64,000 nt of DNA from Glaucostegus cemiculus (taxonomy: Eukaryota), in NCBI GenBank assembly GCA_976551045.1, contig CDPCPM010000103.1, positions 11,842,001-11,906,000 of the forward strand, in the 5' to 3' direction. Position 1 is the stretch's first letter. The number at the start of each line of letters is the position of its first letter. Made by a program: the position numbers and the translations under genes. Below, one piece after another: positions 38,660 through 49,480 of this stretch. Under the pieces are notes generated by a model that saw only the letters and a program-made list of their open reading frames with translations, ran no database searches and had not been told where the DNA came from.

Positions 38660-39466
38660 GACTCTGATGCATGTAGGAATGGAACAGCAGTTGTCATGGG
38701 GAACTTTAACTTGCACATAGATTGGGCGAATCAAGTTGATCAAGGCAGTCTTGAGGAGGACTTCATAGAATGCATCTGTGATAGGTTTCTTGAACAGCAT
38801 ATTAGTGAACCTGCAAGGGAAAATGCTATCTTGGATCTGGTCCCGTGCAACGAGACAGGTAAAATTAATGATCTTGTAGTTAGGGATTCTCTTGGAAAGA
38901 GTGATCTTAGTATGATTGAATTTCTCATACAAATGGAGGGGGCAATAGTTCGATCTGAAACCAGTGTATTATGCCTAAACAAGGGAGACTACAATGGGAT
39001 GAGGGAGGAGTTGGCTAGCGTAGACTGGGAATACAGGCTATATGGTGGGACAGTTGAGGAACAGTGGAAGACTTTTAAAGAGAAATAAACAGCAGAAGTT
39101 ACAGTAGGGGCATTTGTGATAATTTACCAAAATTCTCTGCACTCTAGGCAGGTCCTGGTGGAATGGAAGACAGCAAATGTCACACTACTGTTTAAAAAAG
39201 GATGTAGGCAAAAGGCAGGTAACTATAGGCTAGTTAGCTTAATGTCTGTATTCTCTGCCCAGGGAAGTAGTAGTGACTACCTCATTAAGTATACTTAAGA
39301 CACAGTTAGATACATTTTTGCATAGCAGGGAGATTAAGGGTTATGGGGAAAAGGCAGGTAGGTGGAGTTGATTCCATGACCAGATCAGCCATGATCTTAT
39401 TGAATGGCAGAACAGGCTCAATGGTCCAGATAGCCTACTCCTGCTCCTATTTCGTATGTTCTTATG
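38660..39466 (+). mobile_element. Internally deleted CR1-like LINE (EN C-terminus, RT start, 3' tail)
   Basis: VVMGNFNLHIDW..FLEQHISEPARENAILDLV..LGKSD, then WKTANVTLLFKKG..GNYRLVSL, then the tail. Confidence 0.85.
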
Positions 39467-40479
39467 ACGACTCTATGAAATGTACCTTACAAAAGCAAAT
39501 CCTTCTTTACATACCAAAGTGGCACAGTGATTTTCACACAGTATGGTGCCATGGTATTAATTTCTGTCTTCCATACTAGAATGAGGAACATCAAATAACA
39601 ATGCAGTCCTTTGACTTGGTCAGTATCCTCTGATACTTTGCCTGCAGCTATCCATTAAAACAGGTTAAATTATATGATTTAAAAATCTTTACTCTGTGAG
39701 GATGTGTTTGTTAATCCAAAATTGTATTTTACTTCCCACCAAAAATCCAAGCTTTTCTTTAATTTGGCTACATGATTTGGAGATTGCTGCTTCTTGCACT
39801 ATTTTACATATCATCAGCCAATGGAGTTACAGATGGTTAAAAACACTTAAAATCCTGCCAAGTTTCCCTATTTTGCAGATTAAATCCTGGTGAACATGTC
39901 TTAGAAGATTTAAGGTCCCTAGATTTTATTAGCTCCACCTTCCTCTAACCACACCCCCCCCCCCCCCCCCAAGCATTTAAGTGGTTTTAGCTATTCTGGG
40001 CATAAAAAGAATGCACAAAGGAATTATATCCCCAAAATGATTGTAAAGGATGCATAAATGAGCACTTAACCATGCATTTCTCAATAAAATATTTATGAAA
40101 TGGAGACTATATGAATGGAATCTCTGCTAAACTTGTAGCAGCAAATAATTTACTCGTGCAAAAATGTGGGTCTATGTCCCTTATTGATGACAGTCCTACC
40201 GCTTAGATCAGTGAAGCAACAGATTATATACCACACAACCATTAAGAGTAGTACTAGGTTGAAGTAATATAATGAAGTGTTGCTTCTGAATCATTCACAA
40301 TACCCTTGAAGAGAATTCCAAAGACAATTCAAAAATGGGCTGATTCTGACTCTGGTCCCTGTTAAACAAACATGGATTATTGGCATAATTCATTCTTTAA
40401 AGTTTCTTTCAAAGGATTGGTGGGAGTAACAGAAGTGAAAGTTAATTACTCCAGAAGAAAATATAAGTGATTACCTGTG

Positions 40480-41693
40480 GGCCAATTTATATCTTTGCGC
40501 CAGAACAGCATGCAAAACAAATAAAGAATGTGTACGTTCTAACTAGGCTGCTTTACTGTTGTTGAAGCCCTGTGCTTCAAGGGAAATAATCGTTTGCACT
40601 TAACTCTCTAAAGGCTTTGCCAAGTATTGGAACTGCGGTGCCTCTTAAACGTTATGCTTCTTTTTCAAAAGGGATAAAACCATAAGAACAGGCCAGAGAC
40701 GAGTCATGATATTCACAATGAAGAATTGGTTAAAATATGGCTTCCCTTATTCTTAACAATTATCAGCTGCAACTAAACTTAATTAACTTTATGTCTTGAG
40801 AAAATCCCTATCGCAGGAGCCAAACCCCGAATATTCCCCAGGCAGTGTCATTTAATAAATTTCAAGGCTGAATGAATGGAAGTATTTTAGAATAAAAGTC
40901 CTTTTTGCTAAATCTTTAGTTTTCATTCAGCTGACACTAGGTTTAGTTTCTATATGAATTACAAAAAAAATGTTCCTTTTCCCAGAATGAGCTAGGCAAC
41001 CTTTAATGCAAATCTGCTTCACCATTTGAAGCTACCTCCATTTAAACGGAGCCTGTTCGGCGTCTGCTGGAATGCTATCAGCCTGCTGCTGTGTCAAGCT
41101 TCAAGCAGGTTTGCTGGCGGAAATGGCTGCTTGATCATATGTTGTCTGCTGCACTGAATGAGGCTGAGAGATTCCTGTAGATTCCCTCTTACAACTTCCT
41201 CCCCAGTCTTCGCTCAGTTCCATTTCATGCCTAGTTTAGCAGCCCACCACATCAGCTGGTCGGATGCTGCGAGGTTATTGGTCAGGACTGAGTGGCTGTA
41301 TTTTGAAAGGATGTGAGTCCTGTTTTTACTGGTCTAAGATCACCGTCAGGCAGGAACTAGAGCCACAGTTTGGCAATCCCTCTCCCTCTCCCTCTCCCTG
41401 TCGTTCGCTGACTGAAACATTCAGCCTTTTGCTCCAGGACGCTGAGCTGCTTCCCTGTGAAACCTCTGGGCTCTGGCTCTCCACACGCAGCAGCGTAAAG
41501 AAGACACGGAGGCAAACGCACCACACATTAAAAAAAAGGAAGGGGCTGTAGACGTAGGAAAGAATCTGATTGAATGGGTTGCTATGGTAACTGACTCTGG
41601 CAGGGAGACCCCGGAAAACTGGATCGTGAATGGGGGACATCTCCTGTGGCAGGCAAACTAAGTAACAGAGAGACTGGAGGGAACGGGTTCAGC
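40480..41693 (+). promoter_or_regulatory. EML1 promoter and 5' UTR region
   Basis: Repeat-free with local CpG enrichment (41040-41750), directly upstream of the recognised ATG. The TSS cannot be located from sequence. Confidence 0.65.
41578..41591. promoter_or_regulatory. RFX X-box
   Basis: GTTGCTATGGTAAC. The reverse complement GTTACCATAGCAAC fits GTTRCCATRGYAAC at all 14 positions, about 100 bp upstream of the ATG. Confidence 0.75.
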
Positions 41694-41760
41694 ATGGAGG
41701 ACGGGTTTTCTGGCTACAGCAGCCTCTACGACACCTCCTCGCTGCTTCAGTTCTGCACTG
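41694..41760 (+). CDS. EML1: EML1 (echinoderm microtubule-associated protein-like 1) first coding exon
   Basis: agcATGG Kozak context. Encodes MEDGFSGYSSLYDTSSLLQFCT+G, against recalled human EML1 MEDGFSSYSSLYDTSSLLQFCND (20 of 22 identical). Donor CTG|GTAAAT, phase 1. Confidence 0.95.
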
Positions 41761-44700
41761 GTAAATGATCTTAGTTTTCACTATTAGTCTTTCTAGCGAC
41801 TAATAATAGTAGGAGGCAGATTGAGACCTGGGCTGTGGAGTGTTTAAAGATCGGGGATTCCCTTTAAAGATATTTTTCCAAGGAATATATTTTTTAAAAT
41901 GATTATTCCAATCTCCACTGGGCCACTTTCAGCATTAACTTGTTTTGTGTTTAAAACTGGAAAGTTCTTGTTCTTTTCCATAACTTGGGTTCATTGTATT
42001 CATCCCATTATATCCTCAGATAATGGATCTGTTCTGAAGGGGGCTTTACAGCAAGGCGGGTAGTGATTTTGTTTGCAATGTTATTGCTGATTACATTGTG
42101 TTACTGTAAACTTGTCTGAATGCAAACTGAACAGGAGTGCCAGAGAGGGAAATTAGCTGGATGTTGGTCGTTGTGAATGTTGTGTGCATCAACGTGGTTC
42201 TAATAGTGAGAGTGGGCATTTGGGTATTCAGTGCACTGCTCAAGTCATGTTGTAAAGAGAGTGCTGCTATTCGAAGAAGTTTAAAAGACATGACAATCCC
42301 GTGTGACGGGCCTTGGTAAGTTTTGCTGTGTTGAAGGTGCTATATAAACTCAAGCTGCTGTTGTTGCAAAATATGTTTTTGGAATAACAATATATTTTTG
42401 ATTTGTGTAGTTCTCTTATTTCCTTATTTTTCAATATTATTGTTTCTATTTCTCTATGGTTTGAACTTGTCCTCGTGTTGTTTCACAAGTTAGGACAGAC
42501 GTTGAGTTCTGGGGTACTATCTCACCATTCCCACTCCCCTGCACTTCCCGACCACCATGGCTAACTGGACAACTGCCTATTTCACCAACAGGTCGACTGG
42601 CTCAATTTTGAGTAAAGGATTCCCCTAAATCTAATTGGAGAGCTGTGAACACCAAACAGTGGGCACAAGACAGCGAGCCAGTGTTGAGCCACATGCTAGC
42701 TGAGATGTCAGCTTGCAGCTGGTAGATAGGTTCAACAGGACATGTCCAGGGTGACAAGGAGCAAAAGGACCACAAAAATAACTTTAAATATAACTTGCCA
42801 GTGAGACATGGTGCAAGCTCCTACCAATCTTATCCTCAAATGGCACTTGTGCTCCTCTGTATGTAATAGGGTCCTGGATTTTAAATCACCCCATTGGCTG
42901 ATTAAGATAAATCCTCATACTTGTGATGGCAGAATGGGACCACATGGATCAGACTTGTGTGTGTAATGGTGCTTTTGCTGCAAATCTGTTTACTTAAGTC
43001 AGGTACTTAACACATTTACTTAAGTCAGGTATCGTGGTCTAACAAAATCAAGGTAATTTGAGGCAATTGTGGGAAATTATCAGTATGTCCTTTGGAGAAG
43101 AATGTTATAAATAGCAACACATTGCATAGCTCAAATCCACTCTGTGCAACTGCAATATAGGCAGCATCTGGTGATCTTTGGGACAGGTTAATTTTTGTTT
43201 GAAAAGCCTGTGATAAAATACCACAGGACGCTACTGAAGGTAAATAAAAAGGTAGGGAATAAACGGTAATCAGAGAGTAGTGACTGGCTGCTGCTAAGCT
43301 TCGGTTTTAAAACACTGTTGATCGTGAGTAGGTGGAAAACTGGAAGAGTAAATAACTTTGGGGTTTGGAGACATTATGAAAGAATGAATTCAGATAGTTT
43401 AACAAAAACTTATTACAAGACAGAGGGCAGTGAGTGGACTGCAATTAGTATCACCACAAGCATCACTTTGAGAGGCAAATGAGTTAAGTAAAGCCAACCA
43501 TACCTTATAATTATATGGTTGGTATATATTCTTTGCCCCATGCAAGCTAAACCTGATTAGGTGCTTGGCTGTAAGGGAAGCAGAGATGCCGAGATATCAA
43601 TATCTTAATGACAATCACAGGGGTGGAATTGGGGGTAACAGTAGGGGGGAGGGGGAGAGAAATGCACTGTTCTGACCTCCAGCTGAGCAGGAAGAACATC
43701 TGTGTGCTAAATGGGAGTGGGCGGTCATTAGGACATCTGGCTTGAAATTTGCAGATATGTTGCCAGCTCAGCAGCATTCAAGGTGTATTAATAGAGCTCT
43801 GAAGATGGCCCATTGATAATGATGAATGGATGGGAAAGGAAAGCAGTCCTGGCCGGTTGCCCATGACCAATTGGTCATGTCTCACAGAGTTGAAATTTAG
43901 TAGATAGATTCCATTCGAGCCTTTGCAGATTTATACTACAATATTTAGAGTGACTGGATTTGTATCACCTTTATAAAAGTTCCTTGATATCAGTGATTGC
44001 AAGGAATAATTGGGCAATTTATCTTTAAAATAATATTATAATTGATCACAATAGTTTGTTATTTCTGATTTATTCTTTGGGTGGTGTAAGCATGGATTAG
44101 TTTTCAGACTTAGTCCTGTGTTTAGAAATCAGGAGAGCGTCTTTGTTTAGTTGATCTGATGTTTTTCACTACACATGAAGGATCAGATGAACACCTCGGG
44201 GGAATTTAAACTATCTCACTGTTGTCGGGGGGCTGTATTGGGGAAAGAGGATGGTGGGGTTGGAAGTGATGTTACAATTACATGCTAACAATTGCAGACA
44301 GCAGAGAAAGAGCAACACCTGAGACCAGAGTTTCTGTCATTTTACTTGTGTAGAAGACTGTGTGTTTTAGTGATTCATCTCTTGTCTCCATTACAAAAAC
44401 TGAAATGAAACTGCTCTGATCCAGATGGCTGTACTGCTGTCTCCACGTTGCCAGGGAATTATGTGGAAAAAATGCCTCAGCCTTTAGGTCAGAATGTTTG
44501 GTTTTGAAGAATGAGAGAACTACACAAAAAAAAAGAAAGTAAATCCATGTACTTTGGTAAACCTGCAGATGGAGTAATTCACAGAACTTTGTGCTTGTGG
44601 ACCATTATTATCCCAACACTTATTACAGAGTCAGTTTGTGGGCCACATAATGTAATCTGTAAGTGTTTTGAACAGAAGGAACTCAGTCGACCACACATCT

Positions 44701-45802
44701 TCCAGTTGTAATGTGGCAGAGCAGACTCCAATGTCAGCTATCGTTTTGTTCACGTGGGGGGAGTACACTGATCTGATGCAAGCAATAGGCAAGCAGTCCA
44801 TGTCGGATTTGGTTAGTGAATTTTTGTTGAAAACACTAATTGACAGGGAGTGATGAGTTTACTGTACAATATTTTGTATGTCTCATTTATTTCAGCAGCA
44901 GAAACACTAGTTAACAATTTCTATATCACTTTTTTAAAACATAAAAAGGCCTCAATGGACTTCTAAGTTCAAAATATATAGAGTAATAAACATATAACCA
45001 CAGAGGAAGTGGTTAGGAGGTTCTTGTCAAAGCGTTGAATTTTGAAGAGATTTTCAAAGAAAGTTGCCTGGCAGATAGCTTTGCTTTTAAATGTGAAGCA
45101 AAGGGAAGGCAATATAACCAGCAGATGCTGGAAATGCTCAGCAAGTCAGGGAGCATCTATGAAAGAAGAAACAGGGTTAACATTTTAGGCCGAGAGGTCC
45201 TTTGATAGAACTGGGAAAGAGAGAAAAATGTCACTTTTAAGTTGAAGAGAGGATGGGGGAGAGATGAATAGGGCAAAGTAAATATCTCTGACAGGGTGAA
45301 GCTAGGGTTGTTGTGGAGATAAGTTATAGAAATAAGTGGGAAGAGACTGGATCTGGAGAGAAAGATTGGAGTCAGAGTAGGAAGGAAGAAGTTCAGTGGG
45401 GCAAAATCAAGCTGAAACAATGTGCTTGCCTCGACAGCCCTGCTTGTGGATCTTGGGCAGGAGATAGGAGCAGGCTACATGGGGTTGGAGCACTACAAGA
45501 TTGAAGCTGTGGATCTCCTGAGGAAACGAGGTTTGTGAACTGGGAGACAATTGCCTGATGTTCAGTGATGGAGTCCTGGTCCAGAGGGAGGTATGAGGAT
45601 GTGTCTGAGAGCTGATGGTTGGTCTCTGTGAGATAGAACTCTGCCAGACCACAACAGCACTTAACCTTGCTGCCAGGTTTGACAATGACATCAGGGTTGA
45701 TTATTTAGTGAACAGTGTTGCAAGTTCAGAAGGGGATGGGTTAGAGTGAGTGAAGTGGAAAGCGAAAGGTAATCCACGTTGCCTCAGCAGTGAGTAGAGC
45801 TC

Positions 45803-46418
45803 AGAGTTATACAGCATGGAAATGGGTCCTTCAGCCCAACTCATCCATGCCAACCAATGTGTCTTCCTGAGCTAGTCCCATTTGCCTGTATTTGGCCCAT
45901 ATCCCTGTTTCTTATCCATGTATCCGTTCAAACATTTTTATATGTTGTAATTGTATTCCTCCTCTGGTACTTGCTCTTGCAGCTCATTCCATGTACCTAC
46001 AACCCTCTTTGTGGAAAAACATGCATCTCGGGACCTTTTTAAACCTTTGCCTTCTCCATTAAAGCTATGCTTTCTAGTTTTAGACTTCTATACCCTGGGA
46101 AAAACACTGTGACCATCCACTTTACCTTTGCCCCTCATGATCTTATAAACCTCCAAGGTCACCACTTAACCTCCTTTACTCCAGGGAAAACGGTGCCGGC
46201 CTATCCAGTCTCTCCTCGCAACTCAAGCCCTCCAGTCCTGGCAACACCCTTCTGAATCTTTTCTGCACCCTCTCTAGCTTAATCACCTCTTTCCAATAGT
46301 ATGGCAACCAGAACTGCACACAGTATTCCAGGTGCAGTCTCACCAACATCTTGTACAGCTATAACATGATGTCCCAACTCTTGTATTTGATGCCCTGTCC
46401 AATGAAGGCAAGTGTGCT
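45803..46418 (-). mobile_element. CR1/HER1-like LINE 3' end
   Basis: Homologous to 10790-11520 and 21457-21990. Truncated at 'tgaaggcaagtgtgcta'. Confidence 0.85.
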
Positions 46419-46822
46419 AGGGAGTAAAGGCAAGTGTGCTAGGGAGTAAAGGCCAGTGTGCTAGGGAGTAAAGGCCAGTGTGCTAGGGAGTAAAGGCCAG
46501 TGTGCTAGGGAGTAAAGGCCAGTGTGCTAGGGAGTAAAGGCCAGTGTGCTAGGGAGTAAAGGCCAGTGTGCTAGGGAGTAAAGGCCAGTGTGCTAGGGAG
46601 TAAAGGCCAGTGTGCTAGGGAGTAAAGGCCAGTGTGCTAGGGAGTAAAGGCCAGTGTGCTAGGGAGTAAAGGCCAGTGTGCTAGGGAGTAAAGGCCAGTG
46701 TGCTAGGGAGTAAAGGCCAGTGTGCTAGGGAGTAAAGGCCAGTGTGCTAGAGAGTAAAGGCCAGTGTGCTAGAGAGTAAAGGCCAGTGTGCTAGAGAGTA
46801 AAGGCAAGTGTGCTAGAGAGTA
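46405..46822. repeat. 22-bp minisatellite, 19 copies (aaggc[c/a]agtgtgctag[g/a]gagta)
   Basis: Counted directly: head-to-tail units with only two variable positions. Confidence 0.97.
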
Positions 46823-49099
46823 AGAGGACAGAGGGGGACATCCAGGTGGATCATGAAATCTGTTGATGGATGAAAGGGTCTGCAATCTCGAGTGAAGACT
46901 CCTGAACAAAGAAATGCACACAGGGGCAGAGCTGGTGGACGAAGAATTCAACATCATGTAGGGTTTGGAATTCATTAGACTGAAAATGTAGAAGGACAAA
47001 ATGGTGGCCAGAGACTGATCTTTGAGATCAGAGAGGGGGAGATTGGAAGGAATGGTAAAATCACAACACGGTGAACTAGAGGAAGGGATGGTTCAATGGA
47101 AAGTGAAGGGAGGGGTAGGGCAATTCCACAAAAGGCTGAAGGATTGAGTTAACTGAGGTGAGCAAAACCATGAATGAGATGGGAAGTTCAATACACTGGA
47201 AGAAGAGGAAGCTAATGTGAGTCGGCAAGGATGGCATAACAGGCAAGACAAATTTAGTACAATATGGGAAACAGGCAATGGCATTTTGAACAAGTGTAAA
47301 TAGGAGAATACAAGAAAGGTAGGCAATGGAATACTTGCCTAAATAAGCACGATTGTCAAATAAGCACAGAAAGAGGATTTAACAGGAGAGAGTTAAATTA
47401 AGGATGAAAGTGGGTAGCGCTGTGTAGAGTGAACCAGTTGCAGGGCAGGGTGTTTAAAGCTTAGGTCAGGGTCTATTCAGCATAAGTAGCTAAGTAAAGG
47501 ACAAGCAGTGAGGTAGTGGTTTAGGAAGTCTCCAGCTGTTCAGTTGGGGGATGATTTGCAGCACTTAAAATTGGGGTTATGACCATCAAATTTATAGTGC
47601 ATTGTGACCATCCATCAGATTGACCATTAATCCTTCTCGATTTGCTGTTGTGAAATAGGGCTGCCTATAAAAAATATTGTTCTAATCTATTTTTGTTTAC
47701 TTTCTAAATCACAGTGATATAGCTGGTGTATAGAATTGCATTATTGCTTTGCCTTTACAAGAAAAGCAACCTTCCTTGTTTTCATCATTACTGGCTAAAG
47801 CCTGACTATTCAGTGGTGACTCTGTATCTGGTCCCTGACTGCCCAGTGGTGACCACCTATCCAGTCCCTGTCTATCCAAATCATGAGAGACCAATTGCAG
47901 AAGTGCATCCCATTCCTTGCAGCATGGTGTGGGCCAGGTTTTCAATTCCTGATAGTCCGACAGTAGCTGTACATTTAACCCCTTTTGGCATGCTGTCAGC
48001 CGTGATGCATCATTTCAATTTGTTTGTTCTTGCCTACAAATGGACCTCCATTTGCTGTGGTCCCCAAGTCATCTTTACAGGCGAATGCTGAAGTTTAATC
48101 TCTAACAGGTACCATGATGTTCAGGGGCTGCAATTGTGCATGTTTGTGCTTCTCTGCTCACTGACATGAGCACCACTGTTGAAAACTATGTAGGCTCATT
48201 AGAGACAGTCACACTGGTATTCTTTATTAACTTAATTCTACACGTTTTTACTGATTTGTAGTTTTCATGGTGACAAGCTCTGCAGTAATTTCCTTTTTTC
48301 TAAAGTATTTTTGCCTGATCGCTCTATGATGCCCCATTTGGTTCAAGCTCTGATTTTAATGCTGAAAACTGGAGCAACAGCTTTCCTGCTTGGTGCCTGA
48401 GCTGCTAGTGATGGCCAGAGCGTGATAACTGAGGCAGAGCAACCCTGTTACTGGTTAGCTGCTGTCTTTATTAGAAAACTAAACTGCTTTTTCTTCCCTG
48501 CTCCTGTTTCATCTCCCCCTTCCCTTCCCTACACACGTATATTTGATGTCCCAAATTAATGATGCAGTTATCTGGCCTTGTCCCAGAGTTTGCCACACTA
48601 AGAGTACAGTTAAAGTCAGGACCACTGGAACTGTAAACATGTAGTCTAGCACACAGTGACTTAATAAGTGGAGATTTACTTCAGAAGGCTGAGCAAGAGA
48701 TTTCTAAATGGTGGAACTGAGTCGAGCTTACATACCTGTGGCTAGGTGTCAGGATTGTAGGAAATTGCTTTTCCACTGCAAGTCTGGAACTATTTCTTTG
48801 AAAATGGCCTATTGCCAATGAAGCATAGAAATCCTCCTATTCTGAGGGAACAGGGACCCAGTTGTGTGCTTAAACTTTCGGTGGTTGGAAACGAATATTT
48901 GCACCTGGTTAGGAGAACTTCATGTTTTCTTTGATATACATCTTGTGGAATAACATCACACAGCTGCATGCAACCATAATAAAGATAAAATCTGTTGGCT
49001 GCCAATGTAGAGCTGGCCCTTGAGAATATGTGCTCATATTGCAAATGGAACCCCTGACCACTCTATGGTCTAAGATGAAATGACATATTAACTTTTCAG

Positions 49100-49480
49100 G
49101 AATACTGTTGCTTCTGAGTCAGAAAATTACGGCTTCAAGTTCAACTTCAGGACTTTATAGTCATAATGCAGCACTTGCAAAGATCTGTAATGTCAAAGGA
49201 CATATCTTTCCAAAGCGACATAAACTGCTGTCACCTTTGCCTATATAAGTGTACTTTTGGAAGGTAGAGGAGAGAGTTCTCCCAATTGTTAACAATCTAA
49301 CCTTAAGGTACACAGTGAATGATTGTTGCTTTTCCTAGACTCTGCTGTGCACACATTGACTGACAAGTTCATTGTTAAAGCAGTGGCAATTGTACTTCAA
49401 AATTACTTGTAGATTCATAATTATAGATTTTACTATGATTTGGTGAAGGATGAGAGAAGGACGTGCACTTATATAATGCT
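49100..49480 (+). mobile_element. DeuSINE/SacSINE1-like element
   Basis: Head 'ttgcttctgagtcagaa..ttcaagt', then 'tgctgtgcacacattgactg' and 'tacttcaaaattactt'. Confidence 0.55.

Larger units (their letters stand above)
45114..47480 (-). mobile_element. Penelope-like element, internally deleted, interrupted by a CR1 and a minisatellite
   Basis: ORF 45407..45691(-): YLLPKIHKQGCRGKHIVSA (Penelope RT motif YxLPKIHK..RPIVS). At about 46900-46990 the minus strand reads LNEFQTLHDVEFFVHQL. Terminal block at 45120-45215. Confidence 0.8.

Noticed and set aside
39954-39970. Homopolymers C17 here, G19 at 49990-50008 and C13 at 60451-60463 as G-quadruplex elements
   Set aside because: Simple runs of uncertain assembled length with no supporting context.
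41264-41640. ORFs 41264..41551(+) and 41326..41640(-)
   Set aside because: No recognisable protein. Expected by chance in the GC-richer promoter/UTR of EML1.
42989-43031. 17-bp direct repeat tttacttaagtcaggta (similar microduplications at about 22005-22050 and 38134-38165)
   Set aside because: Ordinary local duplications with no sign of function.
46405-46822. 22-bp array as a CRISPR array or telomeric repeat
   Set aside because: There are no spacers and no cas genes, the context is eukaryotic, and the unit contains CTAGGG once rather than tandem TTAGGG.
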